Assembly (NCBI GenBank): GCA_950097015.1
Contig: CATNEN010000006.1
Coordinates: 186,001-250,000, forward strand
Direction of reading: 5' to 3'
DNA length: 64,000 nucleotides
Source of the DNA: Macrostomum hystrix
Lineage: Eukaryota > Animalia > Platyhelminthes
Part shown: piece after piece, positions 1-13,403 of the stretch
Numbering within the stretch: the stretch's first letter is position 1
How the letters are laid out: each line of letters begins with the position of its first letter
Program-made: the position numbers and the translations under genes
Notes under the pieces: model-generated
The model's database searches: none
Seen by the model: the letters and a program-made list of their open reading frames with translations, nothing else
Told to the model about the DNA's origin: nothing

Positions 1-692
1 GATTTTGCTTTTGAAAAAACCGAGGTGACGATTTAACAATCTGCGAAAACCGTAGGCTCAATAAAGAGAACCGATGGAAACGGACCGTCTTGTGAATAGT
101 TCAGCTTCGTCATTAGTTCAATAGCAGCCGGGGTGAGAAATTTTCTTTGCAAGGCGCCTATCGAACCAGCATTGAATAAACTCAAGGGATCTAGGTTGTA
201 CAGAAAAAGAGGATTTGACTGAATCGAGCCGCCAGCCCATTCAACGCGCACCCTCAGCTTCACATTCCTATTGGCCACTTCGTCGTATGGAATAGACGAA
301 ACGCCCATTTTTAGCTCGAATTTGCCCTCGACTGTGACACTCGACTGTACGGTAAACGGAATAGAACCTGGGCACCGAACCACGGACGAACCAGTGAGCT
401 GTGTGCTCAAATCAACCTCTTCAGACCGTCCGTCAAGCGGGCACTCGTACATTAGAATCGTTTTCAGAGGGCTACCGACGACACCGCTTACTGACACATT
501 GATATAGATGATCTTGTCCTTGGTCAGTATAGAAAGCACGCTGGACGATCCGGCTTCCCAGGTGTCGCTCCAGAACAGAAGCACCTTGTGGTTAGGAGAG
601 AAGTCGAAGCGAGGCATCCGCTGGGCCGCGACGCCGATGATGCAGCCGCTGCCAAGGCCGATTAGCAGAGCCAATAGCACAGAGGACCTCAT
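1..692 (-). CDS. Ig-receptor family copy C1: divergent paralogue, 5' part only, runs off the window; apparent +1 frameshift at A4 run 46-49
   Basis: Signal peptide MRSSVLLALLIGLG followed by family motifs MPRF..K.LL.W.D.WEAG, FELKMG and NLDP, shared with C2-C4. Removing one base at 46-49 restores TVSQIVKSSPRFFQKQ, aligning with IVSALQSAPSFFRHK of C3. Confidence 0.8.
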
Positions 693-2184
693 AGCCTTAG
701 TTCAAGATTGGGTGAGGTTTTTTATTGCAAATGACTCCTGTGCACTTTACAGGTTCATTGTTATAAACACCTCGAATGGTTAGCAAAAAATATAAAAGAA
801 TATAAAATGAATTCCTTGCTGCTAGTGTGACTCCATCGCTATACATTCTATAGCAAATAGTTGTGCCACAACACAAAAGTATAAGTGAACAGAACTAAAT
901 AGTGAACAAAAAATATGAAAATTTTTACTCACAGGAAGACTAGTGTAGAATTTTTTGAAGAAATAAGGATAGAATGTCTGACTTATATTTTGACTTCGTC
1001 TTTTAACTTAAGATATTTTTTATTTGCTCGTATTCAGCGCTCGACTTTTGAAGTCAGTTATAAAAAGTGGTCTTTCTGGGTCGTGTCTTTCAGTTTTTTT
1101 TCCAAGCAATTAGCATTATTCCTTAAACTTGTTGTTTTACAAATACAAAATAGAAATAAAAATGCAACAGATTTTTTCATGGTACTGCATTCTTAATACC
1201 TTTTGTTCTAATTTCATCGAGTAAAACTAAAACCGGAAAATTCGTAATACGTTCGCTAGAGACAAGCAATGTTTGTAATTTTCATGGCTTTTGTAATGCA
1301 TGCTAAGTTGGCCGGTCCAACGACCTTATAGCCAAAACAATAGTGGCCCTTGATATCAACATCGCTTTGAACATTAACACATTGAAGGCTCAGCAGCCCC
1401 GATTAGATATTGCGTCACAGATGGCCGGAAACCAGTACTGCAGGTGCGAATAGAAATGTGGTGTATTTACCTCCTAATTTTTTCAGAGTCAATACAAGGA
1501 ACACTAGGAGTAGAAGTACGGGAAACACCTAGCTCACCTAGGCAGCATGTGGAGGAGCACCCGGTTATGTGAGAAATGTCTATGGAAGAATCTGTGTGAT
1601 CAGAAATGGCCATGCACATCTCCCTGAGTCAGCTCTGTTGAGAGAAATCAGGTAATCAAAAAACTTTTCGGTTAATTATAGGCATAGCGGAATGGGCTCA
1701 TGCTCTCGGTTGAGCCATTTCTCTATAGCTAAGGTGATCTCCCGCTGGCAGCTCTCAGGGTTGACACCATCCTTGGGTAGTTTGATCCACGAAATCATTG
1801 CCGAGGATCTTGTTGTGACCTGATCTGTTAAGTGCCACTAGGGTTTGCACGATTTTGAATCATTCTGACACCATTTTAGATGAGATTTTAGCGGCAGTCA
1901 GGGCCTAATGACGGCTTGGCTTTCGGAGTAATCATATTGGCCTAGTCATTGTATAACCTACGAGTACTAGCATTAAGACCAACTTAGCAGGAGTGAAGCT
2001 TTGTAAAATTCGTTGGAGCAACACGTTAGGTAAGTTAGCTCGAATATAAAAAAGAGCTGTAGATCTGATTTCAACAAAAGCGATCAACATTTTATTGTAA
2101 AATGTGAAAATTTCTAATCTCAGTATTTTTCGTATTTTCGAGGCGAAAGGCGGCTCCTAAACATTTTGAATAGGAAATACACCT

Positions 2185-2372
2185 ATAGCTCAGTTGGGCC
2201 AAATGTGCAGCCAATTGCACAGCCGCAGCAACTGCGCGGGCCCTAAAAAGGCTGCGCACAGCTGTTCAGTCTGTGGACTGGGGAGGCCGCGAAACCCACC
2301 CTAGTTAATGCTGAGACCCAATATGCAGCTGGCAGACTGCATAGCAGAGTTTCAGAGTTTAGCGACTTCCTG
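2185..2372 (-). mobile_element. Degenerate fragment of the CORE-type SINE (body/3' part)
   Basis: Similar to the reverse complement of the 13404-13722 SINE and to 56705-57006 (gctgttcagtctgtggactggg; tgtgcagcc..gcacagccgcagc). Confidence 0.5.
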
Positions 2373-2809
2373 AAGGACACTGATTACTCGTATAAAAGTT
2401 TAGGAATCTGAAAGGAATAAATTAAAAACGTCACAGCGATAGCTACAGGCTGAAATAAGCACTGGAGAGAACGAGAGAAGGTTTCGCAGAAGAGAAATAA
2501 AATGACGTGCCCTAAGCCCCCGTTTCATTGCAGCGCAACGCCCATCAACAACAGCGGCTACACTGAGGGCGACGCCACGGCAGCACGGGAACTTGCAGGA
2601 CCTGGTTTAGAACCGGACCCGAGGAGAGAGCCGACGGAGTAGAATCGTCACCAGCTGTGCCTCGGCGAGCTGAGCAGCTTAAATAGGCTCGGAGCTCCTG
2701 GCAAGCACTAGGTTGATGTCTGACTCAATTGACATTAATAATTCGTTTCTTGGCCGATCTTTTGTGATCATTGCCGTAGCAGGACAGAAAGTCAGGTTGG
2801 ACGTTCAGC

Positions 2810-4450
2810 TTACCAGGAACATACTTGATGTCGAAGTCGTAGACAAAGAGTCTCTCGCGCCAGTGTTGAAGTCGAAGAGGCCGCTGGTAGGCTCCTCGCG
2901 CTTATAGCAGAGTGGTCAGACTTCCGGCCGTATAGCAGCAGGTGCCAGTGCTCGCAGCTCCAGACGCAGGCCAGAGCCTCCTTCTCTGTAGCGGAGTGAC
3001 GGCGCTCGGTGTCAGACAGAGCGTGCGAGGCGAAGGCGACTGGGCGCAGCTGACCGCACTCGTCGATTTGGGTCAGAGTAGCGTCCAAAGCGACGTCGCT
3101 GCTGTCACATGAGACAACTGATCCGTGGCTCAGATCGAAGAACTTTAGGCACGGAGCTGATGAGACGAGCCGCTTGACCTCGCTTAATGCAGCCTCGCAC
3201 TTCTTGTCTCAGTTCCAGAGCGTCTCCTTGCGCAGAAGTACCGTCAGCGGCTCGGCGACGTGCGAAAGGTTTTTGATGAAGAACTAGAAGAACTTGGCAA
3301 CGCCGAGAAAAGAGCGAGCACCGCCGTGTTTGCCGGTGCCTTGATTTTGGCCACGACTCGGCATGGGACTAAAGCGGCTGGATGTCGGCAGCACTGAATC
3401 GATGTCCGACGAATACGATCTCCGGAACCTTAAAGACACACTTCTTGAGGTTGATGGTCACTCGGTGCTGCAGCAGTTTGTCCAGGACTCGGAGAACGCG
3501 GTTGTAGTGCTCGGCTTCCATTGCCGCGTGTACTGCAATGTCGTACCTTCCAGGATCTTGCCGACGACTTTCTTGAAGGCCGCTGAAGCTGAGCTGATTA
3601 CAGGCCGGATTCGGTATGGAAGCAGGTCAGGTTCTTGGCCTCGTCGTGCAGCGGCAGTTGCAGTTACGACTGGTTGAGATCAATCCACGAGAACAACTTA
3701 GAGTTGGTAAACTTGGTAACTAGGTCGGCGAATGTCGGAAGTGACATCGAGTCTGGGACAATCGCCTTGTTGACACTGCGCAGGTCGACACAGAGACGAA
3801 GCTTCCCATCAGACTTCCTGGCGCAGGTGACATTGGATTGCCAATCGGGAACGTTGCCGCCAACCCACTCGACGATGCCTTCCTCCTCCCAGCACTGGAT
3901 CTCTACTCTTGGCGCACTGATTCTACACTCTTGGGTCAGGGCGAGCGGCAGCCGGCGCAACCGTTGGGCCACCGGCGATCATTGATCCTTACGTCGGCTT
4001 TCTTGTACTCGGCTTTCTTGCCCGACAGCGACGATGCTCTGCTGGCTGGATCTGTCCTCCTCGACACCTTGAACCTTCTTGCGGCCTGAGGCCGGTGCCG
4101 CGGCACTTTTCTTGCACACCTTGGCGAAGTGGTTGAGCCTGCCGCACTTCGTGCACGCCTTCCCTCGTGTCGCACAGCGCGGATCACTGCCTGTACAGTG
4201 GTCTGGCTTGCCGCAGTGCGAGCAGCAGAACTGAACCTGCTGACCCGCCTGGCGCTGCTTGGCTGCTGTCTTGCCAGTCAGCGATTTCTCGCTTTGGACC
4301 GCCAATTCCACCTGGTCTGCGATCTGGATTGCTCTACCCAGCGTGAGTTCTTTCACCAGGAGGAGTCGTTCGCGCACCTTTACTAATTGTGTCGCTTCGC
4401 TCCACCCTTTCCTTGCCCGATGCACGTTCGTTCATCACTTTAAGATGTGC
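2810..4450 (-). mobile_element. Degenerate Ty3/gypsy LTR retrotransposon remnant (gag zinc knuckles, RT, RNase H); protease and integrase not seen
   Basis: Gag CSHCGKPDH..CTKCGRLNHFAKVC (3979-4425); RT KSDGKLRLCVDLRSVNKAIVPD..WIDL (3664-3972); RNase H RPVAFASHALSDTERRHSATEKEALACVW (2810-3088); stops and frameshifts between. Confidence 0.9.
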
Positions 4451-7214
4451 GCCGCCTTGCACCACAGAAATGCACGTTTTCGGACCTTGAAGGTTGCCAT
4501 TCCAACAGGAAGTATTACCCCCAGGAGAGTATTACCCGAAAGGGATTTCTAGCGAATCAACAGCCGGCGTTACGCGGGTGTCTGGGGTGTCCCCCGGATT
4601 GGTTTGGCGGGGGTCCTGACGGTGTCCCGACGGATTGGTAGCCAGAGGGTCCGGCGGGTGGAGTAGTGGGTTCGAAGCCCCGAGGAGAGGATCACTCGAA
4701 TAGGGTTTTTATCGTGACGAAACATTATTTGAACAAATATATTCAAGAGAGAGCCTTAGGCTTTACATATTGTACGATTATCTCAGCTTGGCTGTATTAT
4801 CAGTTTTATTCGTTGTGTCCAATCGGCGCTCGCTGATTGGGTGTAAGCACCCACCCCAGGCCCCACCCCACCGCCTTGAGCTGCGTTGTGTTTTTCAGCC
4901 GGTGCCCGTGTACTGCCCAGCCTTGTCGCTTCGCGCTGCGTAATTTGAAAACTTTTCTTTTTCGTTGCTTCCTTTTTCTTGCTTTAGCCTTTTTGTGTGC
5001 ATTTTGAATGCTTTCTTCGAAACGTTTTATGTGCAAATATATTGTATGTGGGCCATAGACGGTGCCCTCCCCTCGTTCGCTTTCTGCTGTGTCGCAACTG
5101 TTGTCTGCCTTCGTGCCTGGGAGTGTGGCGTTTACATTCCACAAATGAAGACTTAACATTCAACTGGCTTTTCTCCCTTCGAACCCCCTCCGAAGGTCTA
5201 ACAACGGATTTCGGATTTCGCGACGGATTTCCAATATTTTAGTTAGGCATAAGAAAACTGGTATTCAGGGATGCAAGTGTCATGCTGTAATTTGCATTCT
5301 TGAATGAACGATGGAAGAATTATTAGATACTATATGCTGCGAAAACTGTTTTCAGAGGCCAAAAACAATCGAAAAACTGGTCAGCTCGACTATGCGTCTG
5401 CCCCCTTTGCTTATCTGCACAATGGCGCCTTTCATTCTGAGCGTGGACGACATCCTACTAACAGTAGTAGCGCTCGCATATATAGAACTTATTTCCAATC
5501 GAACCACGTCATGGTGATTTGTGCAGTACAGCCAAAAGAGGGACAAGGAAGTCCTCGTTCCAAACCAGCACTCACTGGCAATAGTGGTGCACAGCCTGAT
5601 TGACTGTTTACACGCTTGATTGCTTTGATTGTATTGGGAAATTTAAGATCCAAACATTTTGTTTTGTTAGCGCTCATTTGCTGAAATACCTCTATAATTC
5701 AGTTTTGCTGTAGCAAAACGTCGTTCTTCAACCCTCCATTGTAAAATAGTTATCTCTGAATCTCAGAAAATAAGACTCGAAATTTGAAAGGAAGAAAGCA
5801 GGATATTTATCTGATCTTTAGCTCCATTGAAAGTGACTACATTTTTAAAGTAAATTTATTCAAAAATATCTTGTCTATCAGCATGACTTGTTTACACGTT
5901 GGATATTTACCATTGATATGAAACATGCTTTTAGATAGTGAACAGCGATCATATAAACAAGGACCAAGCAGATTTCGTCAAGCTACATTCTTATGAGACA
6001 GCGACAATAAACGCATCTGCAGGTATTTTCCTTGAACCAAGAAATTCCTGGGAATTCAATATACCATTTTACATTTTCTTTTTAAATTCGAGCGCAAATT
6101 GGAAGACACTTGCCAATTATATTAACCAACGCTTCTACTTTTGTCTATGGTAAAAGCAACGTTTAGGCCCCGACAGAGCCATAGAATTTAAGACGTTGAA
6201 CAATGAACAAAAGCATGGGGCCAAAGACTGTCACTTTTTGTATTAAATGCCTCAGAGTTTAAAATCTGATTGCAATTGCTTGAGTCATTACTTCTCCACG
6301 TTCATGGCTTAGACCGTTGACAATAGTCGAAGGATTAATTGAATATTGTTGGCCGTGTCCAAAATGTAAGGCTTCGTGTCCTGAATAGCAGTTTCTTATA
6401 AAATTAGTAATTGCAACGAATAACAACGTATAAGCATTGATAGTTCGATCCAAACACAATTTTTTTTCAGTATTGATGCATATCGACCTTGAATATTTAT
6501 CGGAAGACAACCTCATCGAAAGAATACGTAAAACAGAGCTTCTGATCACGACCGCGGAGGTTGTGTTACTATATATCGCGAAACTTTACCAGAGTATCAG
6601 AAAGTATTTGAAAACACGACATAAAAATATAATGCTTGAGCAATAAAGTTGAGTCTAAAAAAATTAAGAGCAAGGAAAATCGGCTACCAATAGTAGGTGA
6701 TGTTTTTTCAGCATAAAAAAGCTGATTCACACGCAACCGCAATATAAAGTGATATCTCCGAGATTAATATTTTGGTTTTCTAAAGTATCGTAGAAATCAT
6801 GAACCCAGCATTAGGAACTTAGGACACATGCAGCTGAATAAAAACATTGAACGTCATCTACTTTAAATTGCCATTCATTGGAAGCCATACGGAACGGTGA
6901 AACTTTTTATGTCACACACTTTTGTTGACATGCGAATCACTACTCAGTGCAATGTACGTCCACAGTCGGAAGGTTTCTGTAAGCAAAATTGCAGTACTAA
7001 AAACGTGAATCTTTTCTTATACTGCTTCGACTTCGAAAGAAACTAAACTTTTCGATGAAAAGCACCAGCACCACAAGCAAAGATATTGATTGTTAAGGAT
7101 ACTAAGGCCTTAAAAAGTCCCCCAGTCAGACCAATTTAGCAAAAATTGAGATGTACTAAAGTCTCATCGAACTAGAAGCTTATCAAAGTTATCAGAGTTA
7201 TCAAAGGCTGTGGG

Positions 7215-9769
7215 CTACATTGCAATGTCCCGTTCACCGACCGGCTCAGCGTATGAGGCCCGCTCCGACTGGCGAACGTACTCCTTGAACTCCTCCTCCA
7301 TGGCTTCGGCATTCGGATTGTGCCCCTGCTCGAGCTCCTTCTCCTCCAGGTGGTACGTCTTTGCCGGAGGTCTGTTCGCGAAATATACCACAAGAACCAG
7401 TAGCAAAATTATTACTAAAACACAAACGACAATCACAACTATCATCATTTTCATGCTGGCGTCGGACAAAGGTGATTCGGGGCTTTTGAAGTCTAGGTTG
7501 ACAGAAAGGAAGCTCAGACTGCCAGATGTGTCAAAGTCGGTCGAATAAAAGCACATTGGGTCAGCACGACAGTCCTTTGAACCCAGAGCGACGACCGGAG
7601 CTCCATATCGACTCTTCAACATGTTGACGTTGCCCATGTCAGCTGCATTCTTGTAACGGAAGTTGAACACGGGCGTCAGGCTGCTTCGCTTCTGCAGCTC
7701 AGTGCGCACATCTTCTCGAGTGATGGGAAGTATTTGGTACGTGATGCTCGTGCCGTTCGACCTGATCACAGAAACAGTTTCGTTCATCAGAATCCTGACG
7801 TCAGTGAGCAGGAAGTTGTCAATACGAAGAAACAGGTCCACATCGACCCCGATGTAAGATAGGTGTGCAGAGAACTCCGGGCTCAAAGCAAACTGGAATG
7901 ACGCGCCGTTACCAAGGTTGCACTTTTGAGTCACACAGTCATTGCTCGGATTCAGCACAAAGCTGTCCTTCGTTGGACGAGGGACGAACACGACGTCACC
8001 ACCAGTCTGGGCAGCATAGCTAGACATGCCCAGCTCCTTGGCATCAGCACTGGGCACACTGGCGTTGCACAAGAATCTGTGAGTAAAGTTCGTGCCGAAC
8101 GAAGCCTGTTGCGGAGGAACGCTTTCGATTGAAACATTCATCAGCTGAAATCCTGATCCCGCTGCTGGATAGCTGATGCCGACGGCTGAGCTTCCACTAC
8201 GGCTAACACGCAAGTTGAAGGCCGCTAGATTCTGCTCGGCCCAATTCACGACACCGCCGGAGACGGATGGTAAATAGAATTTCGGATCCAACGACACTGA
8301 AGATCTCAGTCCGGAGAAACTCACGCCACAACTGTAGGACAAGCTCTCACCTTGCATGGCAAATACCTTCGGAGGCAATGTGCCACTATGGCCTCCGATA
8401 GTGGTCGCGAATGTCGGCATGGACACGACAGATACGTAGAATGTAAAGCTGACACTTGCAGCCATTTCAGCTGTGCACCTGTACTCACCAGCCTGAATTG
8501 ACGAGACATCTTTTGAAAACTCGATGATGTTTGATGTTTTTGAGATCCGGACACCTTGTGTTCCGAAATCACTCCAGTCGAATGATCTAGATGGTATGAG
8601 TAGCTGACCGTTGCGATAAAAAGTAAACACTGTTGTCGGGTCATCGCAAATGATTGGGCATACCAACTGGGAACTGTCCATTCCAGAGTAGATGGTAACA
8701 TTTTCTTGAGTTCCACGCACCAACGTGCATGTTGAGCTCAGACGTTTATCGGGACACGTTGTGTAGGAAAAGTCTGTGCTCGGAATTATACTTCGAACCT
8801 CGCTGATCTTTGAGTAGGGCACCACTTCGCCAGAAAAGGACACGGATAAACATATTGCAATTCGAGAAGGGTTGTTCCACTGACTGTAGGATTGAGCAAC
8901 CGACTTGTACAACTGGCACCTTGCATACCAAAGAATGCCAGTGGTTCTATCAAGAAACATTGTCTTCATTCTCTCCATTCCAAAACCCGGAATTTTAGAA
9001 TCATATGTCGTAAAAAGGAAGCTTCTGTCGTTCTGGACACTAGAGCAGCCACTCGGGTCAAAGAACAAAATGGCTCCCATATTGAGCTTGTGTCTGAAGA
9101 AACTTGGCGCTGATTGCAGAGCACTCACGAGTCGGTTGTCCAGAAATGTAAAATTGTGAAAGTCACCTGTTCCGAGATTCATCCGAGTCATCAGCTGGAT
9201 AGACGGCTCAGTGAGAAAATGACGCTGATATCCTGCTGGTGTTGACGAATCTTGGTGAAAATCGCTGATTGGATCCAAGTTCCAAATAGACAGAGTGTTT
9301 GACATGAGAACTCCGCCACCGGCATACTCTACCCTGGCTGTAATAATCACCTTGGATGAAAACACTTCAGAGAATGGCACTGAAGAAGTCCCCATTCTAA
9401 GCTCGAATTCGTCAGTGCTGTTTACGTACCGTAGTTTCAATGAAAATTTATATTTTTTAACGTGTAGTCTGTTGTAGAATTGTTCAGTGAGTCTAGCTTA
9501 ACTGGTTCGTAAGAATGGCTTTGACAATTTAGGAGCAGAGTGCGTTTGAGTTCGGATCGATTGGCCACACCATCGACTTGCACTTTAAGGAAGATTTTTT
9601 CATCTTTTTCATATTTTTTCAGTAGACCAGTCGAAGTTTGTGTCCCCGCTTCCCAGACATCACCCCAGTTCAGAAGCAGCTTCGATGTCTGAGAATAAAC
9701 GAACCGAGGCATTTTTCCGGCTGATGCCGTACAAGACAGTATCAAAATTAGTACAAAAGCCAGCTCCAT
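7215..9769 (-). pseudogene. Ig-receptor family copy C2; frameshift at A4 run 9443-9446, early TAG, terminal donor mutated (pseudogene or assembly indel)
   Basis: ORFs 9437-9769 (signal peptide, MPRFVYS..WEAG) and 7215-9440 join to INFSLKLRYVNSTDEF if one T is added (C3: IRFSLKSLSTSTDEF). From STDEFELRMG onward highly similar to C3. ATG-TAG stands where C3/C4 have ATG-CAT. Confidence 0.85.
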
Positions 9770-10869
9770 TTACTCACATGCGATCTGGAAAAGTATTGTT
9801 TGTTATGCTTTACAAAGGTGTTTATAAGTTTACAACAACCTATTAGTAAAGATATAATGCTATTGAGCCTTGCTATTAGCAAGTGGGTTGGGGTCCCAGC
9901 TTCAGAAGAGGCACACAAAGAAATGTGTGAATGTAATGACAAAATATATATTGTGGATTGTGGATCAGTTTCAAACTAAAGAAATAATCTTTTTGATCAG
10001 GATCAGTGCAAAATAAAAAACTTACGAAAATCCTCGATTTTTAAGTCGGTTCAGCAGAGTCCGAGTAATCAATTGTAGTGCACCTCGAAAAAAACTAATC
10101 AATGCTTTATTATTTTTATATACGAGTTGTTCACGCGTTATCTATTAGTATCTGAATGTGTAGATAAATGTTAACACTGTTGGAAATGAAATTGTAATCT
10201 AATTTGAAGTGTTCTTAATTTAACACTGAGCATCACAATTAAAAACTTTCTTGTTTTACTGAAGTCCCATTATGAAAAACAAATCCGGAGAAAATGCTCG
10301 GTTATTCTATTCAAATTTCGACTTTTAACTGAGTCTAATTTGAAATGGGGCCGATTTTTGTCACGCAATTTAGTTTTTATTGTTACTTTCAGTGGAAAAA
10401 ATACATTTCACCAAAATAATTTTGTACCTAATGGTCGACTATCAACAGCACACTATTTTCGTTGTGAGAAGGTAATTTAGAGCGCTCGCTTCTCCTTACC
10501 GACACACCTTCCCCTTTGACTGGCGCAACTTTGAGACCTTCTCGATTCCGAAGCCAGTCTAGACAACCAAAAATGCATCACTTTGGAATTAGTGATAGGC
10601 TAAGGTGCTCAATTGTATCTGGAGGAGTCATCTGCAAGTCGATGCTGCTCGGTGTGCAGAGCAGTTTCAGCCCTGGTGGTGACATTTCAAAAATGCCAAA
10701 TTCGAGCAGATTGACACCGCCTGCAGTATAACTGAGTCCTGCCTGACGAGTCACAAGTTCATGAAAATTGCGATTTTCGCAAAGCAGTTTGATGTGGCAT
10801 TCGTTCTGCGATCAGCTAGCTCCTCTTCTACATGGCACTTACACTCGTAAGAAAGCGCTGTACTTATAG

Positions 10870-11480
10870 TAATAAACGTTAAGGCCAAGTTCGCGAATAT
10901 GCCTTGCTGCGTCAGAAAAAAGCATGTCGATGTAGCGGGTCGACCGTCCCTTTCCGCGCTTTTGCGGTCCCTGTGGAGTCCACAGCAGCAGTCCTGCAGT
11001 GGCTCAGGGCAGTGCAGTGGGCTTCAGCTCTGATGACGTTCCAAGCCAGCCCTAGGCGCCGCTGCCTCAACAGGTCGGAAGGCCGCGTCAGTCGCGCTCA
11101 CTTGTACAATGAGTTGGTACAATGAGTTTGGTTGAGTTTGGCGCCCGCCGCAGCCCATGGCCGCATGCGCCACGTTGAGTTGCCCACCAAGCTCACCTCG
11201 GTCTGCGTCCATATTTTCGTATTGTGAAATAGCATGGTCTCAAAGACCGCCTGGAAAAGCTGCGATCTGCCGCTCTCTGTCAGTGCATCTGAGAATAGCA
11301 CCGTCCGAACTGATCGAAAAGGGGACACAGGCCTTGGCGCGCACCGTTTTGCCAAAACCGTTTCGCCTTTTTCGCCCATGTCCAGTACTAGTATGCCGAG
11401 GTAAATAAACAGGCGGCACCGATCGTTAGCGGGGTCAGGTAGCCACTGTCGTCTTGAAGCAGAATCTTGGCAGGCCAATC
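10870..11480 (-). mobile_element. 5'-truncated, decayed RTE-type non-LTR retrotransposon 3' fragment
   Basis: LFQAVFETMLFHNTKIWT resembles the RTE RT C-terminus (LLYxxETWT). Nucleotide homology to 12825-13400 on the opposite strand. Confidence 0.7.
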
Positions 11481-11645
11481 CAGCGTCACAGCACGCGCTA
11501 GCATTTTGTATTTTATAGTGCAAGACGACTCGAAGGAGAAGGGTTACAGAAACACACTTGCAAAGAATACTACAGAGATGACACTGAGAAGATACCAAAT
11601 GTTCCGAGACCAAAAGTATAGACAAAGTAGATACCAAAATTGGGC

Positions 11646-11992
11646 TAGCTTGTCCAGTGTTGGTCTAGCTGGTCCAGTGTTGGTCTAGCTGGTCCAGTGT
11701 TCGCCTAGCTGGTCCAGTGTTGGTCTAGGTGGTCCAGTGCTGGTCTAGGTGGTCCAGTGCTGGTCTAGGTGGTCCAGTGTTGTTCTAGGTGGTCCAGTGC
11801 TGGTCTAGGTGGTCCAGTGCTGGTCTAGGTGGTCCAGTGTTGGTCTAGGTGGTCCAGTGCTGGTCTAGCTGGTCCAGTGTTGGTCTAGGTGGTCCAGTGT
11901 TGGTCTAGCTGGTCCAGTGTTGGTCTAGGTGGTCCAGTGTTCGCCTAGCTGGTCCAGTGTTGGTCTAGCTGGTCCAGTGTTGGTCTAGCTGG
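11646..11992. repeat. 20-bp minisatellite (CTAGGTGGTCCAGTGTTGGT)n, about 17 units
   Basis: Direct tandem units with variants CTAGCT/CTAGGT, TGTT/TGCT and TTCGC/TTGGT. Confidence 0.97.
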
Positions 11993-12419
11993 TAAATGAT
12001 GGTGTTCGCTCCTCTGGCATCTGCCACCCAGCCTCTGTACATCGGGGCATTTTCGAGTTGCCACAGGCAGGTCATCGGTGGTTGCAGAAAGCTGATGACC
12101 CCATCAGCAGGGTTGAGCAAAGAAGCGCGATTCTTGTGACCAGAGGGAGGGAGATAATAGCTGATAGATAATAGACAACTCACCCACACCCAATCTAAAG
12201 CGAAGCGAGTTCAGATTTCATAACAGTAAACATCAAACAAGACTGTGGGGGTAACACATCCAATCACAAAGGGATGTGTATTTTTTTTATTAAAAACCCT
12301 GTTATTGATCGTTTTTTAGAGTAAACAAATATTTAGCAAAAATTGATGAAATTCTCTACATCAAAGCACAAGTAGAACCCATAGTAACTTTAATTTTCCT
12401 ATTTTTTTTGTTTTTACAA

Positions 12420-12727
12420 CGGATTGTAGCCTAGTGGTTAGAGCGTCGGACTCACAACTTGAAGGCCGTGGGTTCGATTCCCGACTCCACTGGAACAAAT
12501 TGTGTCCATTAGCAAGACACGATACTCTACATTGCTTCAGTTCACCTAGCTGTCAAGTGGTTACAAGCATTTGCTGGGGTAATTGAGGGTGAGAATGGCG
12601 TCCCCCCCGTCCACGGACTGAACAGCCGTACGCAGCATTCAGATGCGCCGAGCGATAGCTGCGGCTGTGCTGTCGGCTGCACATCTGGCCCAAGTAGGGC
12701 AGGTGTAATCAATTATTATTATTATTT
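12420..12727 (+). mobile_element. tRNA-derived CORE-type SINE (family A)
   Basis: A box tagcctagtggtt, B box ggttcgattcc, CORE-like tgtgtccattagcaagacac..cttcagttcacc, (TAT)n tail; near-copies at 13404 and 56705. Confidence 0.9.
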
Positions 12728-12824
12728 CGTTTTTAGTAAAAACGTAAACAAAATTTTTCTTTGTCGCTGAGAATTAAATATACGAGTTAACATTTGTGAG
12801 TTGTAGTATATTTAAGCTCGCGTG

Positions 12825-13400
12825 GGCGACGACCTGGCGAGACGGCGCGGCAAGGCCGTTCTGTGCGGGCGGTGCTGCTCTCCGAGGCTCTGTCGAACCG
12901 TGCCAGGTCCCAGCTGTTCCAGGCGGTTGTCGAGACCGCCCTGTTGTACAATGCTGAGACCTGGACGCTGACCGGGGCGCTCGAGGCGCAGCTCGACGCG
13001 GCGAATGCGGCCCTAGTTCGTGCCGCTTTTGGCGCCCGCCGTGACCCTGGCAGCGAGACAACTGAGTCCCTTTACCAGCGTGCGTGCCTGACGCGGCCTT
13101 CTGTCCTGCTGAGTCAGCGGCTCCTGCGGCTGGCCGGGCATGTCATCCGGGCCGAAGCCTAACTGCCCAGAGCCGCTGCAGGATGTCCTGCTGTGGAACT
13201 CGCAGGGACCGCGCAGGCGCGGCCAGGGACGATCAGCCCGCTATGTCGACCGTCTTTTTGAAGACGCGCGAGCACCCAGCCAGGCGGCCGGTGTGAAGCA
13301 TGTTAGAGACCTGGCTCTGATACGCGCGATTTGACGCTCCCCCTCTTGGCCACTTCTGTGGTCGGCGTGGGGCGTAAATATTACTATTATTATTATTATT
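12825..13400 (+). mobile_element. 5'-truncated RTE-type LINE 3' end with (TAT)n tail
   Basis: LFQAVVETALLYNAETWTLT..LDAANAALVRAAFG..RLAGHVIRA; ends in tattattattatt. Confidence 0.85.
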
Positions 13401-13403
13401 AAT

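Noticed and set aside
2500-2760. LTR/PBS for the 2810-4450 gypsy remnant (TGGTGACGA at 2645-2653; 4560-4800 block)
   Set aside because: No paired direct repeats or TSD could be matched on the two sides.
5300-6650. Short AT-rich ORFs between the gypsy remnant and C2
   Set aside because: No motifs, no homology within the window, and lengths expected by chance.
12420-12495. tRNA-Val/Glu-like genes at 12420, 13404, 44316 and 50925
   Set aside because: Acceptor stems are imperfect and each continues into a shared repeat body with a (TAT)n tail; these are SINE heads, not tRNA genes.
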